Positions 15,871-24,451 of a DNA stretch of 27,471 nt are shown here, one piece after another. The position numbers and the translations under genes were made by a program. Below the pieces are notes generated by a model. The model did not search any database, was not told the DNA's origin, and saw only the letters and a list, made by a program, of their open reading frames with translations. The DNA lies in the NCBI GenBank assembly GCA_964652865.1, contig CAZZBG010000002.1, forward strand, positions 1 through 27,471, read 5' to 3'. Positions within the stretch are counted from its first letter, which is position 1, and each line of letters starts with the position of its first letter. Source of the stretch: an uncultured Candidatus Saccharibacteria bacterium. Its GTDB lineage: Bacteria; Patescibacteriota; Doudnabacteria; UBA920.

Positions 15871-16608
15871 ATGCCAAAACAGAGAGTACTCAAAGTTTCA
15901 ATAATAACATTATTCCCGCAGTTCATTGAGCAGTACAAAAGCTTTGGGATAATTGCTCGAGCAATAGCAAAAAAGCTATTTCGTTTAGACGCTGTTGACT
16001 TGCGTGTGTTTGGTATTGGCGAGCGACAAACTGTTGACGATCGTCCGTATGGGGGTGGGGTAGGGATGGTCCTCCGACCGGATGTGCTTTATGCTGCAAT
16101 ACGGAAAGTGGCAGGCAGAAAACAAGAAGCGGCTAAGACTCGAGTAGTACTTCTTACTCCAAGTGGAAAAAGATTTTCTCAGAAAGATGCAGCGAGGTTA
16201 GCCAAGTACACCAACTTGATATTTGTTTCCAGTCGGTATGAGGGCTACGATGAGCGGATTACAAAATTTGTAGACGAGCAGTTTTCCATTGGTGATTATG
16301 TACTTATGGGTGGAGAGCTGCCGGCGTTGGTAATAACTGAAGCAGTGCTGCGCAATGTTTCGGGGGTGCTGGGTAAAGATGAATCAGCTGTAGGAGAGTC
16401 ATTTAGTGTTGCGAATGTTTTAGAATATCCGCAATACACAAAGCCGGAGCAGTGGAAGATTAGCCTCGGAAAAGCTAAAAGTAAAGTGATGCCGGTGCCG
16501 AAAGTGTTGCGGACCGGACACCATGCGAACATTGCTGCGTGGCGAGCCGAAGAGGCTTTGAAGCGCACAAAAAAATTTCGACCAGATCTGTTAATTGATC
16601 AAAATTAA
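15871..16608 (+). CDS. trmD: tRNA (guanine37-N1)-methyltransferase
   Basis: ITLFPQF, VDDRPYGGGVGMVLRP, RYEGYDER, SIGDYVLMGGELPAL and LEYPQYTKP. Confidence 0.97.
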   Translation: MPKQRVLKVSIITLFPQFIEQYKSFGIIARAIAKKLFRLDAVDLRVFGIGERQTVDDRPYGGGVGMVLRPDVLYAAIRKVAGRKQEAAKTRVVLLTPSGKRFSQKDAARLAKYTNLIFVSSRYEGYDERITKFVDEQFSIGDYVLMGGELPALVITEAVLRNVSGVLGKDESAVGESFSVANVLEYPQYTKPEQWKISLGKAKSKVMPVPKVLRTGHHANIAAWRAEEALKRTKKFRPDLLIDQN

Positions 16609-16657
16609 AAAAATTGTCCAAAATTTACATTTTAGTTTTGTAGATATCGTGTGAAGT

Positions 16658-17605
16658 ATGTCGAGCATATACAGAGTGACTGCATCGAAAATACGGTTAG
16701 ATAAATTTTTGGTAGAGCAGCTATCCGGTTTTTCGCGTACGGAAATTCAGAGACTGATTGCTTTAGGATTGGTGCAGGTCAATGGGGTAGTAGTAACTTC
16801 TGCTAACCACGCTGTCCGAGAGGGCGATGCGATTGCTGTGCAAGAACAAACGGTTTCCGGGGCAGCGGCTGTGGTGCACTTGCCTGAAGTGCCAGTTTTG
16901 TACAATAACCATGGTTTGCTCATTATAGACAAGCCGGCAGGTCTTTCTGTTCATGCTGGCGCAGGTGTGAAGGGCGTAACCTTGACCGATGTGTTAGCAG
17001 CTCAATTCCCAGAACTCCAAGGAGTGGGGGAAGCGCATCGGCCAGGGATTGTGCATCGGTTGGATAAAGATACGAGTGGTGTGATGTTGGTTGCTAAGAC
17101 CGCTCTAATGTACGAATTCTTAAAAAATGCTTTTGCGGAGCGCAAGGTGAAAAAGCAATATATAGCTTTGGTAAAGGGTGTCCCATCTGCGACGCACGCG
17201 TTTATTGACACGCCAATCGGCCGTGATCCCAAAGATTTTCGTAAATATACAACCAAAAATCCAGTAGAATCTAAGCCCTCGGTGACCGAGTACCATGTTT
17301 TGGAGGAATTGTCTGTGCTGCCGGCTTCTATTGACAAAATGGCCCTAATTTCGGTAAACTTACACACAGGACGAACACATCAGATACGTGTTCATATGGC
17401 ATCTGTAGGGCATCCGCTCGTTGGCGACAGCCTGTACGGTGGTAAAAGTGTGCTATATGAAGGAGTTAGCCGCCAGTTCCTCCACGCTCGAAGAGTAGAA
17501 GTGCAACTCCCAGACGGGACGTGGATAGAAGCAGAAAGTAACTTACCTTCTGACTTGCGAAATATTCTTGAAGGGTTGCGGTGTGAGTCAGTAGATAGTT
17601 TGTGA
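16658..17605 (+). CDS. rluD: RluA-family pseudouridine synthase with S4 domain (RluD-like)
   Basis: S4 RLDKFL...SRTEIQRLI, IDKPAGL, HRLDKDTSG (catalytic Asp) and TGRTHQIRVH...GHPLVGD. Confidence 0.9.
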   Translation: MSSIYRVTASKIRLDKFLVEQLSGFSRTEIQRLIALGLVQVNGVVVTSANHAVREGDAIAVQEQTVSGAAAVVHLPEVPVLYNNHGLLIIDKPAGLSVHAGAGVKGVTLTDVLAAQFPELQGVGEAHRPGIVHRLDKDTSGVMLVAKTALMYEFLKNAFAERKVKKQYIALVKGVPSATHAFIDTPIGRDPKDFRKYTTKNPVESKPSVTEYHVLEELSVLPASIDKMALISVNLHTGRTHQIRVHMASVGHPLVGDSLYGGKSVLYEGVSRQFLHARRVEVQLPDGTWIEAESNLPSDLRNILEGLRCESVDSL

Positions 17606-17610
17606 TTATT

Positions 17611-17730
17611 AAACCCCAAATCGCAATACACAAATCACAAATAATTTCCAAAGTCTAAACTTTTCAGAAAACAGTTTACATACATTTGGGGCTTGGAATT
17701 TGTTTGTTATTTGTAACTTGAGTTTTGGTA
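17611..17730. repeat. Second copy of the CAAAT/ATTTG element
   Basis: CAAATCACAAA at 17631-17641 is identical to 9082-9092, and TTGGAATTTG at 17693-17702 is identical to 9145-9154. Confidence 0.75.
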
Positions 17731-17741
17731 CTTAAATTTAT

Positions 17742-18110
17742 ATGTCAATCGTAAAGAATATCGAAGCCTCCCAAATAAAGGAACAGACTCCTTTTAAAGT
17801 AGGCGATACTGTAAAAGTACACCAAAAGATTCGTGAAGGTAGCAAAGAGCGTATCCAAATCTTTGAAGGTTTGGTTCTTGCCCAAAAAGGTGGTAAGGGT
17901 GTAAATGCTACATTCACTGTTCGGAAGATATCTGGCGGGATTGGTGTAGAGCGTATTTTTCCTATACACACTCCAAACATTGTGAAGATTGAAGTGGTGA
18001 AGGCTCCAATAGTACGTCAAGCAAAGTTGTATTATGTACGCGCACGCCAAGACAACTCTCCACGAACTCGCAAAGAAAAGAAGCCAGTAAAGAAGTCGAA
18101 GAAAGCATAA
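17742..18110 (+). CDS. rplS: 50S ribosomal protein L19
   Basis: FKVGDTVKVHQKIREGSKERIQIFEG...TFTVRKISGGIGVERIFP...QAKLYYVR. Confidence 0.98.
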   Translation: MSIVKNIEASQIKEQTPFKVGDTVKVHQKIREGSKERIQIFEGLVLAQKGGKGVNATFTVRKISGGIGVERIFPIHTPNIVKIEVVKAPIVRQAKLYYVRARQDNSPRTRKEKKPVKKSKKA

Positions 18111-18121
18111 CTTTTCTGTAT

Positions 18122-18151
18122 AAAAAAGCCCCGCATCGCGGGGCTTTTTTT
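18122..18151. terminator. Bidirectional terminator between convergent rplS and sod
   Basis: AAAAAA-GCCCCGC-ATC-GCGGGGC-TTTTTTT. Confidence 0.9.
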
Positions 18152-18167
18152 GTGTGCAGTTTTGCGT

Positions 18168-18767
18168 TTATACTTGTACTTTATCCATTCCAAGTTTTAC
18201 TGCGATTGCTTCCACTGCTTCCCAATGTATGTTTTTGAAAAATGCAGTAAGGTAATCGGCTCGGGTAGTGCCGTAGTCAATGAAGTATGCATGCTCATAC
18301 ACATCCAACGCAATGAGTGGTGTTGCGTGCCAGACTGGGAAGGCGTCATGCGCATCGCCAAGGTAGTTGAACAGCGTTCCATTTTGCCAGTCGAATGCAA
18401 GCCATACCCAGCCTCGAGCAGCCATGCCTGTTGCTTGCATATCGAGCTGCCACTGTTCAATTGAGCCGAACTGTTTTTGTAATTGTTGGGCAACGAAACC
18501 ATTTTGCACAGTACCGTTTCCAGAAATATTTTCGAAAAAGAGTTCGTGGCTTTTGATGGCATTTACCGCAAACGAGTAACCCATTTTGAGCGCGCGTAAA
18601 TCTGAATAGGTAGCATTTGCTTTGCTGTGGTCTACAGATTTGAGCGCTTCGGTAATTTCGTTCGCTTTTTTAATGTAGCCTTCGTAGAGTTTGTAATGCT
18701 CTTTCATTTGGCGTTCCGATAGTCCTTGTACGCCATTAATCGAGTTGAACTGTTTTGCTTCAAACAT
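18168..18767 (-). CDS. Fe/Mn superoxide dismutase
   Basis: Start reassigned to ATG 18767 (MFEAKQF). HYKLY, SHELFF, ARGWVWLA and LDVYEHAYFIDYG (canonical DVWEHAY) are present. Metal type is not determinable. Confidence 0.92.
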   Translation of the reverse strand: MFEAKQFNSINGVQGLSERQMKEHYKLYEGYIKKANEITEALKSVDHSKANATYSDLRALKMGYSFAVNAIKSHELFFENISGNGTVQNGFVAQQLQKQFGSIEQWQLDMQATGMAARGWVWLAFDWQNGTLFNYLGDAHDAFPVWHATPLIALDVYEHAYFIDYGTTRADYLTAFFKNIHWEAVEAIAVKLGMDKVQV

Positions 18768-18871
18768 AATTGATTGACCAGAATTGTTCACAATTGACCA
18801 GAATTGTTCAGAATTAAATTCTGATTTGTTTTGGACAAGTATATACAATTTTATTTAATTTTGACAATTGT

Positions 18872-19441
18872 CTATGCTTTCCCCAATGTTTCTTTTCCTT
18901 CGGTCCAGTTGGCTGGGCAGCGTTCACCTGTTTGGAGCGCCTTAACGACACGGAGCATTTCTTCTATGTTTCTACCGACAGAATCGGCGGACACCAAAGC
19001 AAATTTCAGTGTACCTTCTGGGTCGATAACGAAAGTCCCGCGTTGAGCAGACCCGTCCATGTCGAGCACGCCGTACATATCTGCTAATTCTTGAGTAGTG
19101 TCTGCGATAATTGGATATGTTACACCTTTTAGTCTGGCATCGGTCTCATACCAAGCTTTGTGCACATACTCACTGTCTGTGCTTGCGCCGACTATTTCAC
19201 AGTTTACTTTTTTGAATTCTTCGTAGAGCTTGCCAAAGCTTTCTATTTCTGTTGGGCAAATGAAGGTAAAGTCTCGAGGGTAGAAAAACAGGACGAGCCA
19301 CTTCCCTTTAAAGTCGGCAAGAGATACATGGTGGTATTCACCGGCGTGGTAGCTTTGTAAATTAGCAAAGTCTGGTGCTTTTTGACCAACTTTTGGCATA
19401 ACATCAATCATTTGGCACCCGCAATCACATGAGTCGTTCAT
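18872..19441 (-). CDS. ahpC: 2-Cys peroxiredoxin (AhpC/TSA family)
   Basis: FFYPRDFTFICPTE (peroxidatic Cys), AQRGTFVIDP, GRNIEE and RCPANW (resolving Cys). Confidence 0.95.
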   Translation of the reverse strand: MNDSCDCGCQMIDVMPKVGQKAPDFANLQSYHAGEYHHVSLADFKGKWLVLFFYPRDFTFICPTEIESFGKLYEEFKKVNCEIVGASTDSEYVHKAWYETDARLKGVTYPIIADTTQELADMYGVLDMDGSAQRGTFVIDPEGTLKFALVSADSVGRNIEEMLRVVKALQTGERCPANWTEGKETLGKA

Positions 19442-19620
19442 AGTGTTCTTTTAGAAATACGAGCAGCTGGGAAGCTACTTCGTGAATATTAATAGTTTGT
19501 ATTTGTATAATAGCGGGCGGTGACGTTCCATGCAACAGAAGCTTGGGTTTGGGCTCTTGGGTGGGGGATATGTTTCATTACAGCCCCGGTTTTCTTTGGT
19601 TTGGGAACGATATGATCAAA

Positions 19621-19650
19621 TTGACCTACTCGAGAGTAAAATGGTATAGT
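19621..19650 (+). promoter_or_regulatory. sigma70 promoter upstream of the structured RNA and rny
   Basis: TTGACC, 18 nt spacer, TATAGT preceded by TGG. Confidence 0.7.
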
Positions 19651-19672
19651 AAAAACAGTTATTGCTAATTAT

Positions 19673-19906
19673 TTCAGGCTTCTGATGTAACTGTTAGTTG
19701 TAAAGATACGCGTTCAAGTTCCTTTTGATTTTCCCATGAGATTTGATTTTTTTGTTCAAACCCCATACTTTTCTGTAGATTTTCAACCAAAAGTAGATCG
19801 CCACAGTGCGCGTGAGCGTGTTTTATCTGGATTTGTGAAAGTTCTCTAAACGGACTGCACTTCCGGATTTTTCTTTGCAAAACAGTATATATCAGGTCCT
19901 ATTGAA
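19673..19906 (+). ncRNA. Structured RNA candidate (6S-like, or rny leader)
   Basis: Long closing stem TCTGATGTA/TATATCAGG, ACTGTT/AACAGT and TTGTAAAGA/TCTTTGCAA. Its G-U pairs favour the + strand. It lies directly behind a promoter. Confidence 0.5.
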
Positions 19907-19915
19907 GGAATCTGT

Positions 19916-21463
19916 ATGGTTTTTTTGTATATTTTACTCGGTCTCGTTTTGGGCGGGATTGTGGGGTATGCAATCCGACAAGGATTGGCGACCCAGAAAA
20001 TTGGTACCGCAGAAAGTAAAGCGGAGAAGATTTTGGAAGATGCTCGCACTAAAGAGCGCGAGCTTTTGCTCGAAGCAAAGAGCAAAGCTCTAGAGATAAC
20101 CGAGCAAGGTAAGCGAGCTGAAAATGAGTTTCGTGCTCAGATTGTTCGGTTCGAAGAGCGAATTGATCGTCGGGAAAAAGAGTTGACCCAAAAAGAGCAA
20201 AATATCGACAGTGCGAAACAGCAGCTAGAGGTCAAACAAGCTGAAATTCAAAAAGCGCTTGATGAAGCAAAAGAAGTGAAGGCAAAGCAGCTGGCTACTT
20301 TAGAAAAAATAGCAGGTCTCAGCCGTGAAGAGGCTGGTAAAGTGCTCATGGAAAATGCAGAACGTACTATTTCCGAAGAAATGGTTAAACTCCATAGGAA
20401 GTTGGTTGCAGGCGCGCATGAAACTGCAGAAAAGGAAGCAAAGCGTATAGTGGCAGAAGCAATCGACCGTGTCGTCAGTGACGTAACCGCAGAAACAACT
20501 ACCACAACCGTGGCACTACCAAGCGAAGAACTGAAAGGACGGATTATTGGAAAAGAGGGTCGCAACATCCGCGCGTTCGAGCAGATGATGGGTGTAGAAA
20601 TATTGATTGATGATTCTCCAGATACAGTAATCATTTCTGGGTTTAACTCTATCCGCAGGCACATTGGTAAATTAACACTGGAAAAGCTGGTTTCGGATGG
20701 ACGGATCCACCCTGCACGCATTGAAGAAGCGTACGAGAAGAGCAAAGCAGAAATAAATGAACAGATAAAACAGGCGGGAGAAGACGCCGTCTACGAACTG
20801 GGAATTACCAATTTTCCTCCAAAGTTAGTACATCTTGTTGGTCGCCTTATGTTCCGTACGAGCTATGGGCAAAATGTACTTCGTCATTCGGTTGAGATGG
20901 CAAAGCTTGCTGCGTTAATGGCAGAAGAACTTGGAGCAGATCAGCAGATTGTAAAGCAAGGTGCGTTGCTGCATGACATTGGAAAAGCGTTGGACCAGGA
21001 CCTAGAAGGCACGCATGTCGAGATTGGCCGGAAGATTGCAGAAAAGTTCGGTTTGGATGAGAAAGTTATAGAAGCGATTGAGTCTCACCATCATGATACT
21101 GATGTGGCAGAACATGCGCATAAGCACGAAGGACCAATGTCCATTGAGGCTATGATTGTGGATGCTGCAGATACTATCTCTGGTGGTAGACCAGGCGCTC
21201 GCAAAGATAGTTTTGAGAACTATGTAAAGCGTCTCACTGATCTGGAAAACATAGCAAACAGCTATGATGGTGTAGAAAAAACATATGCCATTCAAGGTGG
21301 TCGTGAGCTGCGCGTTTTTGTGACCCCAACCAAGATGGATGACCTCACCGCACAAAAGCTCGCTCGTGAAATTGCGAATCGCTTAGAAAATGAACTGAAG
21401 TTTCCTGGCGAAATTCGGGTAGTAGTCATTCGAGAAACAAGAGTTGTAGAGTACGCGAGATAA
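19916..21463 (+). CDS. rny: Ribonuclease Y
   Basis: N-terminal TM, coiled coil, KH (KGRIIGKEGRNIR), HD (LLHDIGK) and C-terminal SGGRPGAR...YAIQGGRELRV. Confidence 0.98.
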   Translation: MVFLYILLGLVLGGIVGYAIRQGLATQKIGTAESKAEKILEDARTKERELLLEAKSKALEITEQGKRAENEFRAQIVRFEERIDRREKELTQKEQNIDSAKQQLEVKQAEIQKALDEAKEVKAKQLATLEKIAGLSREEAGKVLMENAERTISEEMVKLHRKLVAGAHETAEKEAKRIVAEAIDRVVSDVTAETTTTTVALPSEELKGRIIGKEGRNIRAFEQMMGVEILIDDSPDTVIISGFNSIRRHIGKLTLEKLVSDGRIHPARIEEAYEKSKAEINEQIKQAGEDAVYELGITNFPPKLVHLVGRLMFRTSYGQNVLRHSVEMAKLAALMAEELGADQQIVKQGALLHDIGKALDQDLEGTHVEIGRKIAEKFGLDEKVIEAIESHHHDTDVAEHAHKHEGPMSIEAMIVDAADTISGGRPGARKDSFENYVKRLTDLENIANSYDGVEKTYAIQGGRELRVFVTPTKMDDLTAQKLAREIANRLENELKFPGEIRVVVIRETRVVEYAR

Positions 21464-21510
21464 GGTGTCAATATGTTTTGTGTATCAGTAAGGAATACTC
21501 GAGCGACTTT

Positions 21511-21915
21511 ATGAAAAAAGAGATATTGCTTTTTGGAGAGTATGTTTCAGTTCTGCGTATTGGCTTGGCTGTGTGTGTGGCCTTGTGTGCAATCTTGATA
21601 GCGAGTACTATTGGAGAATTTGTAGTGTCGGTAGATAATAGGTACAGCGTCTATCCAGTGGGGACCGATACAAATATGTATGGGAATAGTGCAATTGGGC
21701 AGGGGTGGGTGTGTTTGTTAGCAGCCAGCTATATTGCATATCTGTTGGTTAAAAAATTGAATACCAGAGCAATTTTCATAGCGATTTTCCTATTTTTTAT
21801 TTTGGGAGCTTTGAGTGCCCAATTTCCTAGTTTCATACCTGAGGATTGGTGTAGGTATGAATTAACAATGTATTCTTGCGGAGATGGCTTGGGTAATGGC
21901 AGCTCTGGGAGGTAA
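21511..21915 (+). CDS. Hypothetical membrane protein (about 3 TMs)
   Basis: Hydrophobic ORF between rny and mazE. ATG 21511 is preferred over GTG/TTG-type starts further upstream. Confidence 0.65.
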   Translation: MKKEILLFGEYVSVLRIGLAVCVALCAILIASTIGEFVVSVDNRYSVYPVGTDTNMYGNSAIGQGWVCLLAASYIAYLLVKKLNTRAIFIAIFLFFILGALSAQFPSFIPEDWCRYELTMYSCGDGLGNGSSGR

Positions 21916-21945
21916 TCACAGTAATTTGTTCTGGATCCGTCTAAA

Positions 21946-21992
21946 TTGACAAAGTAATAAGACTGTATATACTATGTATATACAGTCTTATT
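21946..21992 (+). promoter_or_regulatory. mazEF promoter with overlapping 17-3-17 palindromic operator
   Basis: TTGACA (21946-21951) with TATACT or TACTAT as -10. AATAAGACTGTATATAC-TAT-GTATATACAGTCTTATT spans 21956-21992. Confidence 0.85.
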
Positions 21993-22004
21993 TGATTAAA
22001 ATCT

Positions 22005-22247
22005 ATGGAAACAACTATTCAAAAATGGGGTAATAGCCAAGGGGTGCGAATAGCTCTGCCATTTTTAAAGCAGGCTAACATTGCTGTAGGCGATGCTGTC
22101 TCTGTTACAGTACAAGATGACTCTATAGTCCTCCGTAAACTCGCTGGTAAGAAGTTCAACTTAGCAGAAATGGTCAAAGAAATGCCTGCTGAATATTCGC
22201 CCTCAGAGGTGGCATGGGGTAATCCTATAGGTAAAGAGGTCTGGTAA
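22005..22247 (+). CDS. mazE: AbrB/MazE/SpoVT-family antitoxin
   Basis: METTIQKWGNSQGVRI...GDAVSV, with C-terminal EVAWGNPIGKEVW typical of MazE/ChpAI. Confidence 0.93.
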   Translation: METTIQKWGNSQGVRIALPFLKQANIAVGDAVSVTVQDDSIVLRKLAGKKFNLAEMVKEMPAEYSPSEVAWGNPIGKEVW

Positions 22248-22250
22248 TAT

Positions 22251-22595
22251 ATGGTACACTATATTCCACGCTTCGGTGATTTTGTGTATATAGCATTTGA
22301 TCCACAGTCTGGCCATGAACAAAAAGGTAGGAGACCAGCTTTGGTTACGAGTAATAGCTTGTTCAACCAGAAGACTGGTATGGCTTTTGTTTGCCCAGTA
22401 ACAAGTACCGTTAGAGGTAACCCATTCCATTTGCCCATTCCCACTCAAAATTCTGTGACCGGTGTCGTTATGGTAGACCAGATAAAGTCAGTGGATTACG
22501 CATCACGAAATGTAGAGTTCATTGCACCAGCTCCAGAAATTCTGGTAGCAGATGTTGTATCATTATTAAACACGATTTTAGAAGAGCGTTTCTAG
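22251..22595 (+). CDS. mazF: PemK/MazF-family endoribonuclease toxin
   Basis: YIPRFGDFVYIAFDPQSGHEQKGRRPALV...VCPVTS...DQIKSVDY, directly behind mazE. Confidence 0.95.
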   Translation: MVHYIPRFGDFVYIAFDPQSGHEQKGRRPALVTSNSLFNQKTGMAFVCPVTSTVRGNPFHLPIPTQNSVTGVVMVDQIKSVDYASRNVEFIAPAPEILVADVVSLLNTILEERF

Positions 22596-22597
22596 TT

Positions 22598-23395
22598 ATG
22601 GCAAAGATACTATTTTTTGGTGATGTGTACGGTAAGTTAGGGCGGCAAGGGTTGGCGCAGGTCTTGCCCCTATGGCGAGCAGAATATAAACCAGACGTGG
22701 TTATCGCAAACGTAGAAAACATGGCGCATGGGAAAGGGGTTACCCCTGCGACTATGGCAGAGGTTGCTGCACTTGGTATTGATGCATATACCTCGGGGAA
22801 TCACGTTTTTCACTCTGGCGCTGCAGCGGATGAATGCTTCCGTGCGTACCCAAACTTAATTCGACCGCATAACTATGGCGACGCCTTTGCTGGCAAAGGT
22901 TGGTATCGGTTCGAGAAAGATGGACAATGGTATTGTGTGCTGAACATGAACGGGCAAGTTTTTTTTGAAAAGCAATTTCGCGGAGAAATTAGCAGCCCCT
23001 TTACCGCAGTAGACACCTTGCTTGCTTCGGTGGTGCAAAAAGGTGATATAATTTTGGTAGATATTCACGCGGAAGTGACCAGTGAAAAAGTAGCACTTGG
23101 CTGGCACCTAGACGGGCAAGTTAGTGCTGTTGTAGGGACCCACACACATGTGCCAACTGCAGATTTGTGGGTTATGCCAGCAGGGACAGCATTTGCATGT
23201 GACGTTGGCATGACAGGTCCACAACATTCAGTTATAGGAGTAAAAGTAGAAAATGTTCTCGGACGATTTTTGGACCCAGCAGGGAAGTACCCAATGGAAC
23301 CAGCCGAAGAAGGGCCAGTAGTGGTCAACGCTGTGCTTATTACCGTAGAAGGTGTGCGTGCAAAATCAATTCAACGGTTGCAAAAAATAGTATAA
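22598..23395 (+). CDS. ymdB: YmdB-family metallophosphoesterase (TIGR00282-like)
   Basis: FFGDVYGKLG, ANVENMAHGKG, TSGNHVF, DIHAEVTSEK, VGTHTHVPTAD and DVGMTGP. Confidence 0.93.
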   Translation: MAKILFFGDVYGKLGRQGLAQVLPLWRAEYKPDVVIANVENMAHGKGVTPATMAEVAALGIDAYTSGNHVFHSGAAADECFRAYPNLIRPHNYGDAFAGKGWYRFEKDGQWYCVLNMNGQVFFEKQFRGEISSPFTAVDTLLASVVQKGDIILVDIHAEVTSEKVALGWHLDGQVSAVVGTHTHVPTADLWVMPAGTAFACDVGMTGPQHSVIGVKVENVLGRFLDPAGKYPMEPAEEGPVVVNAVLITVEGVRAKSIQRLQKIV

Positions 23396-23470
23396 AAATT
23401 AAAATAGTCTTCTGCGAGCTTCCTTTGACTTAAAAGTGCGTGCTTGCAGTGAGCAGTCTCAAACAAAGTC

Positions 23471-23998
23471 ATGCCTAAATTTATTAGCCCAGAGGAAGTA
23501 GTCGCTCAAGCAGAGCTTGGGAAAGGTGAAGTGGTAGCCGATTTTGGTTGTGGGGCTGGCTTCTATTCTGTGGCTGCTGCTCGGGCAGTGGGGCTCGATG
23601 GTGTTGTGTACGCAGTAGATATTATGCCAGAGCGACTCGCTGCCACGCAGTCCGCAGCACAGCATGCAGGGTTTAAAAACGTTCGTGTTGTGTTGGCAGA
23701 CCTTGAGCTACCTCTGCGGGATATTGACGCTGTTTCGTGCGATATGGTTATAGCCAGTAATATTTTGCACTTAACTGACAAGCGAGATGCAGTTTTGCGC
23801 AATGCATATTATTGCTTAAAAACTGGTGGGCGTTTGCTTGTTGTCGAGTGGAAAAAAGGCTATAGTGTTTTTGGCCCGAGCCAGCGTTCTCGTGTAGGCA
23901 GGGAAGAACTGCTGACTTCCATCGGCGCTTCCGGCTTTAAATTTGTAGAAGAGCTTGAGTCGGACCACTCCCATGTGGTATTGTTATTCCGAAAATAG
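23471..23998 (+). CDS. Class I SAM-dependent methyltransferase
   Basis: VADFGCGAGFY motif I, VYAVDI and LKTGGRLLVVEW. Confidence 0.9.
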   Translation: MPKFISPEEVVAQAELGKGEVVADFGCGAGFYSVAAARAVGLDGVVYAVDIMPERLAATQSAAQHAGFKNVRVVLADLELPLRDIDAVSCDMVIASNILHLTDKRDAVLRNAYYCLKTGGRLLVVEWKKGYSVFGPSQRSRVGREELLTSIGASGFKFVEELESDHSHVVLLFRK

Positions 23999-24014
23999 TT
24001 ATTAAAGATCTTGT

Positions 24015-24425
24015 ATGAATGCACTGAAATATCTGGTATCGAAAGAGTTTTTGTTCTATATAAACCCGTTGCGATTTGAAACCGCGGATAAAGTCTTTTT
24101 TGCAATTGCAGCTTTGGCTTTGGTATTAACTGTGGTGCTGTTTCTTTCTGTTCGGTTCGGTAAGAACCCCGTGGTGGTGGCTTATCTTCGTAAATTCTTG
24201 CATTTGTCGTTTACCTTTGCGCTGTTGGCAGTATTGTGGTCTGGATTGCGTTACGAGCGGGTTCGGTGGTTTGGCACACACTTCTCCTTTATTGTTTTAT
24301 TAGTCGGAGCCGGAGTGTGGAAGTCTAAAATTGTATGGCATATGCTGAAACATCTCAAAGCAGATTTGGCAACCCACGAAAAAATGCAACAGAAAGATAA
24401 ATATTTAAAAATGAGTGCAAAGTAA
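24015..24425 (+). CDS. Hypothetical membrane protein (about 3 TMs)
   Basis: Hydrophobic ORF, closely spaced and co-oriented with its neighbours. Confidence 0.8.
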   Translation: MNALKYLVSKEFLFYINPLRFETADKVFFAIAALALVLTVVLFLSVRFGKNPVVVAYLRKFLHLSFTFALLAVLWSGLRYERVRWFGTHFSFIVLLVGAGVWKSKIVWHMLKHLKADLATHEKMQQKDKYLKMSAK

Positions 24426-24427
24426 CC

Positions 24428-24451
24428 AAAGCGGCAGTGTGCCGCTTTTTT
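24428..24451 (+). terminator. Terminator-like hairpin directly before yraN
   Basis: AAAGCGGCA-GTG-TGCCGCTTT plus TTT. Confidence 0.7.

Noticed and set aside
16225-16260. TrmD motif variant SSRYEG instead of CG(R/H)YEG
   Set aside because: All other motifs are intact, so this is ordinary divergence and gives no sign of a pseudogene.
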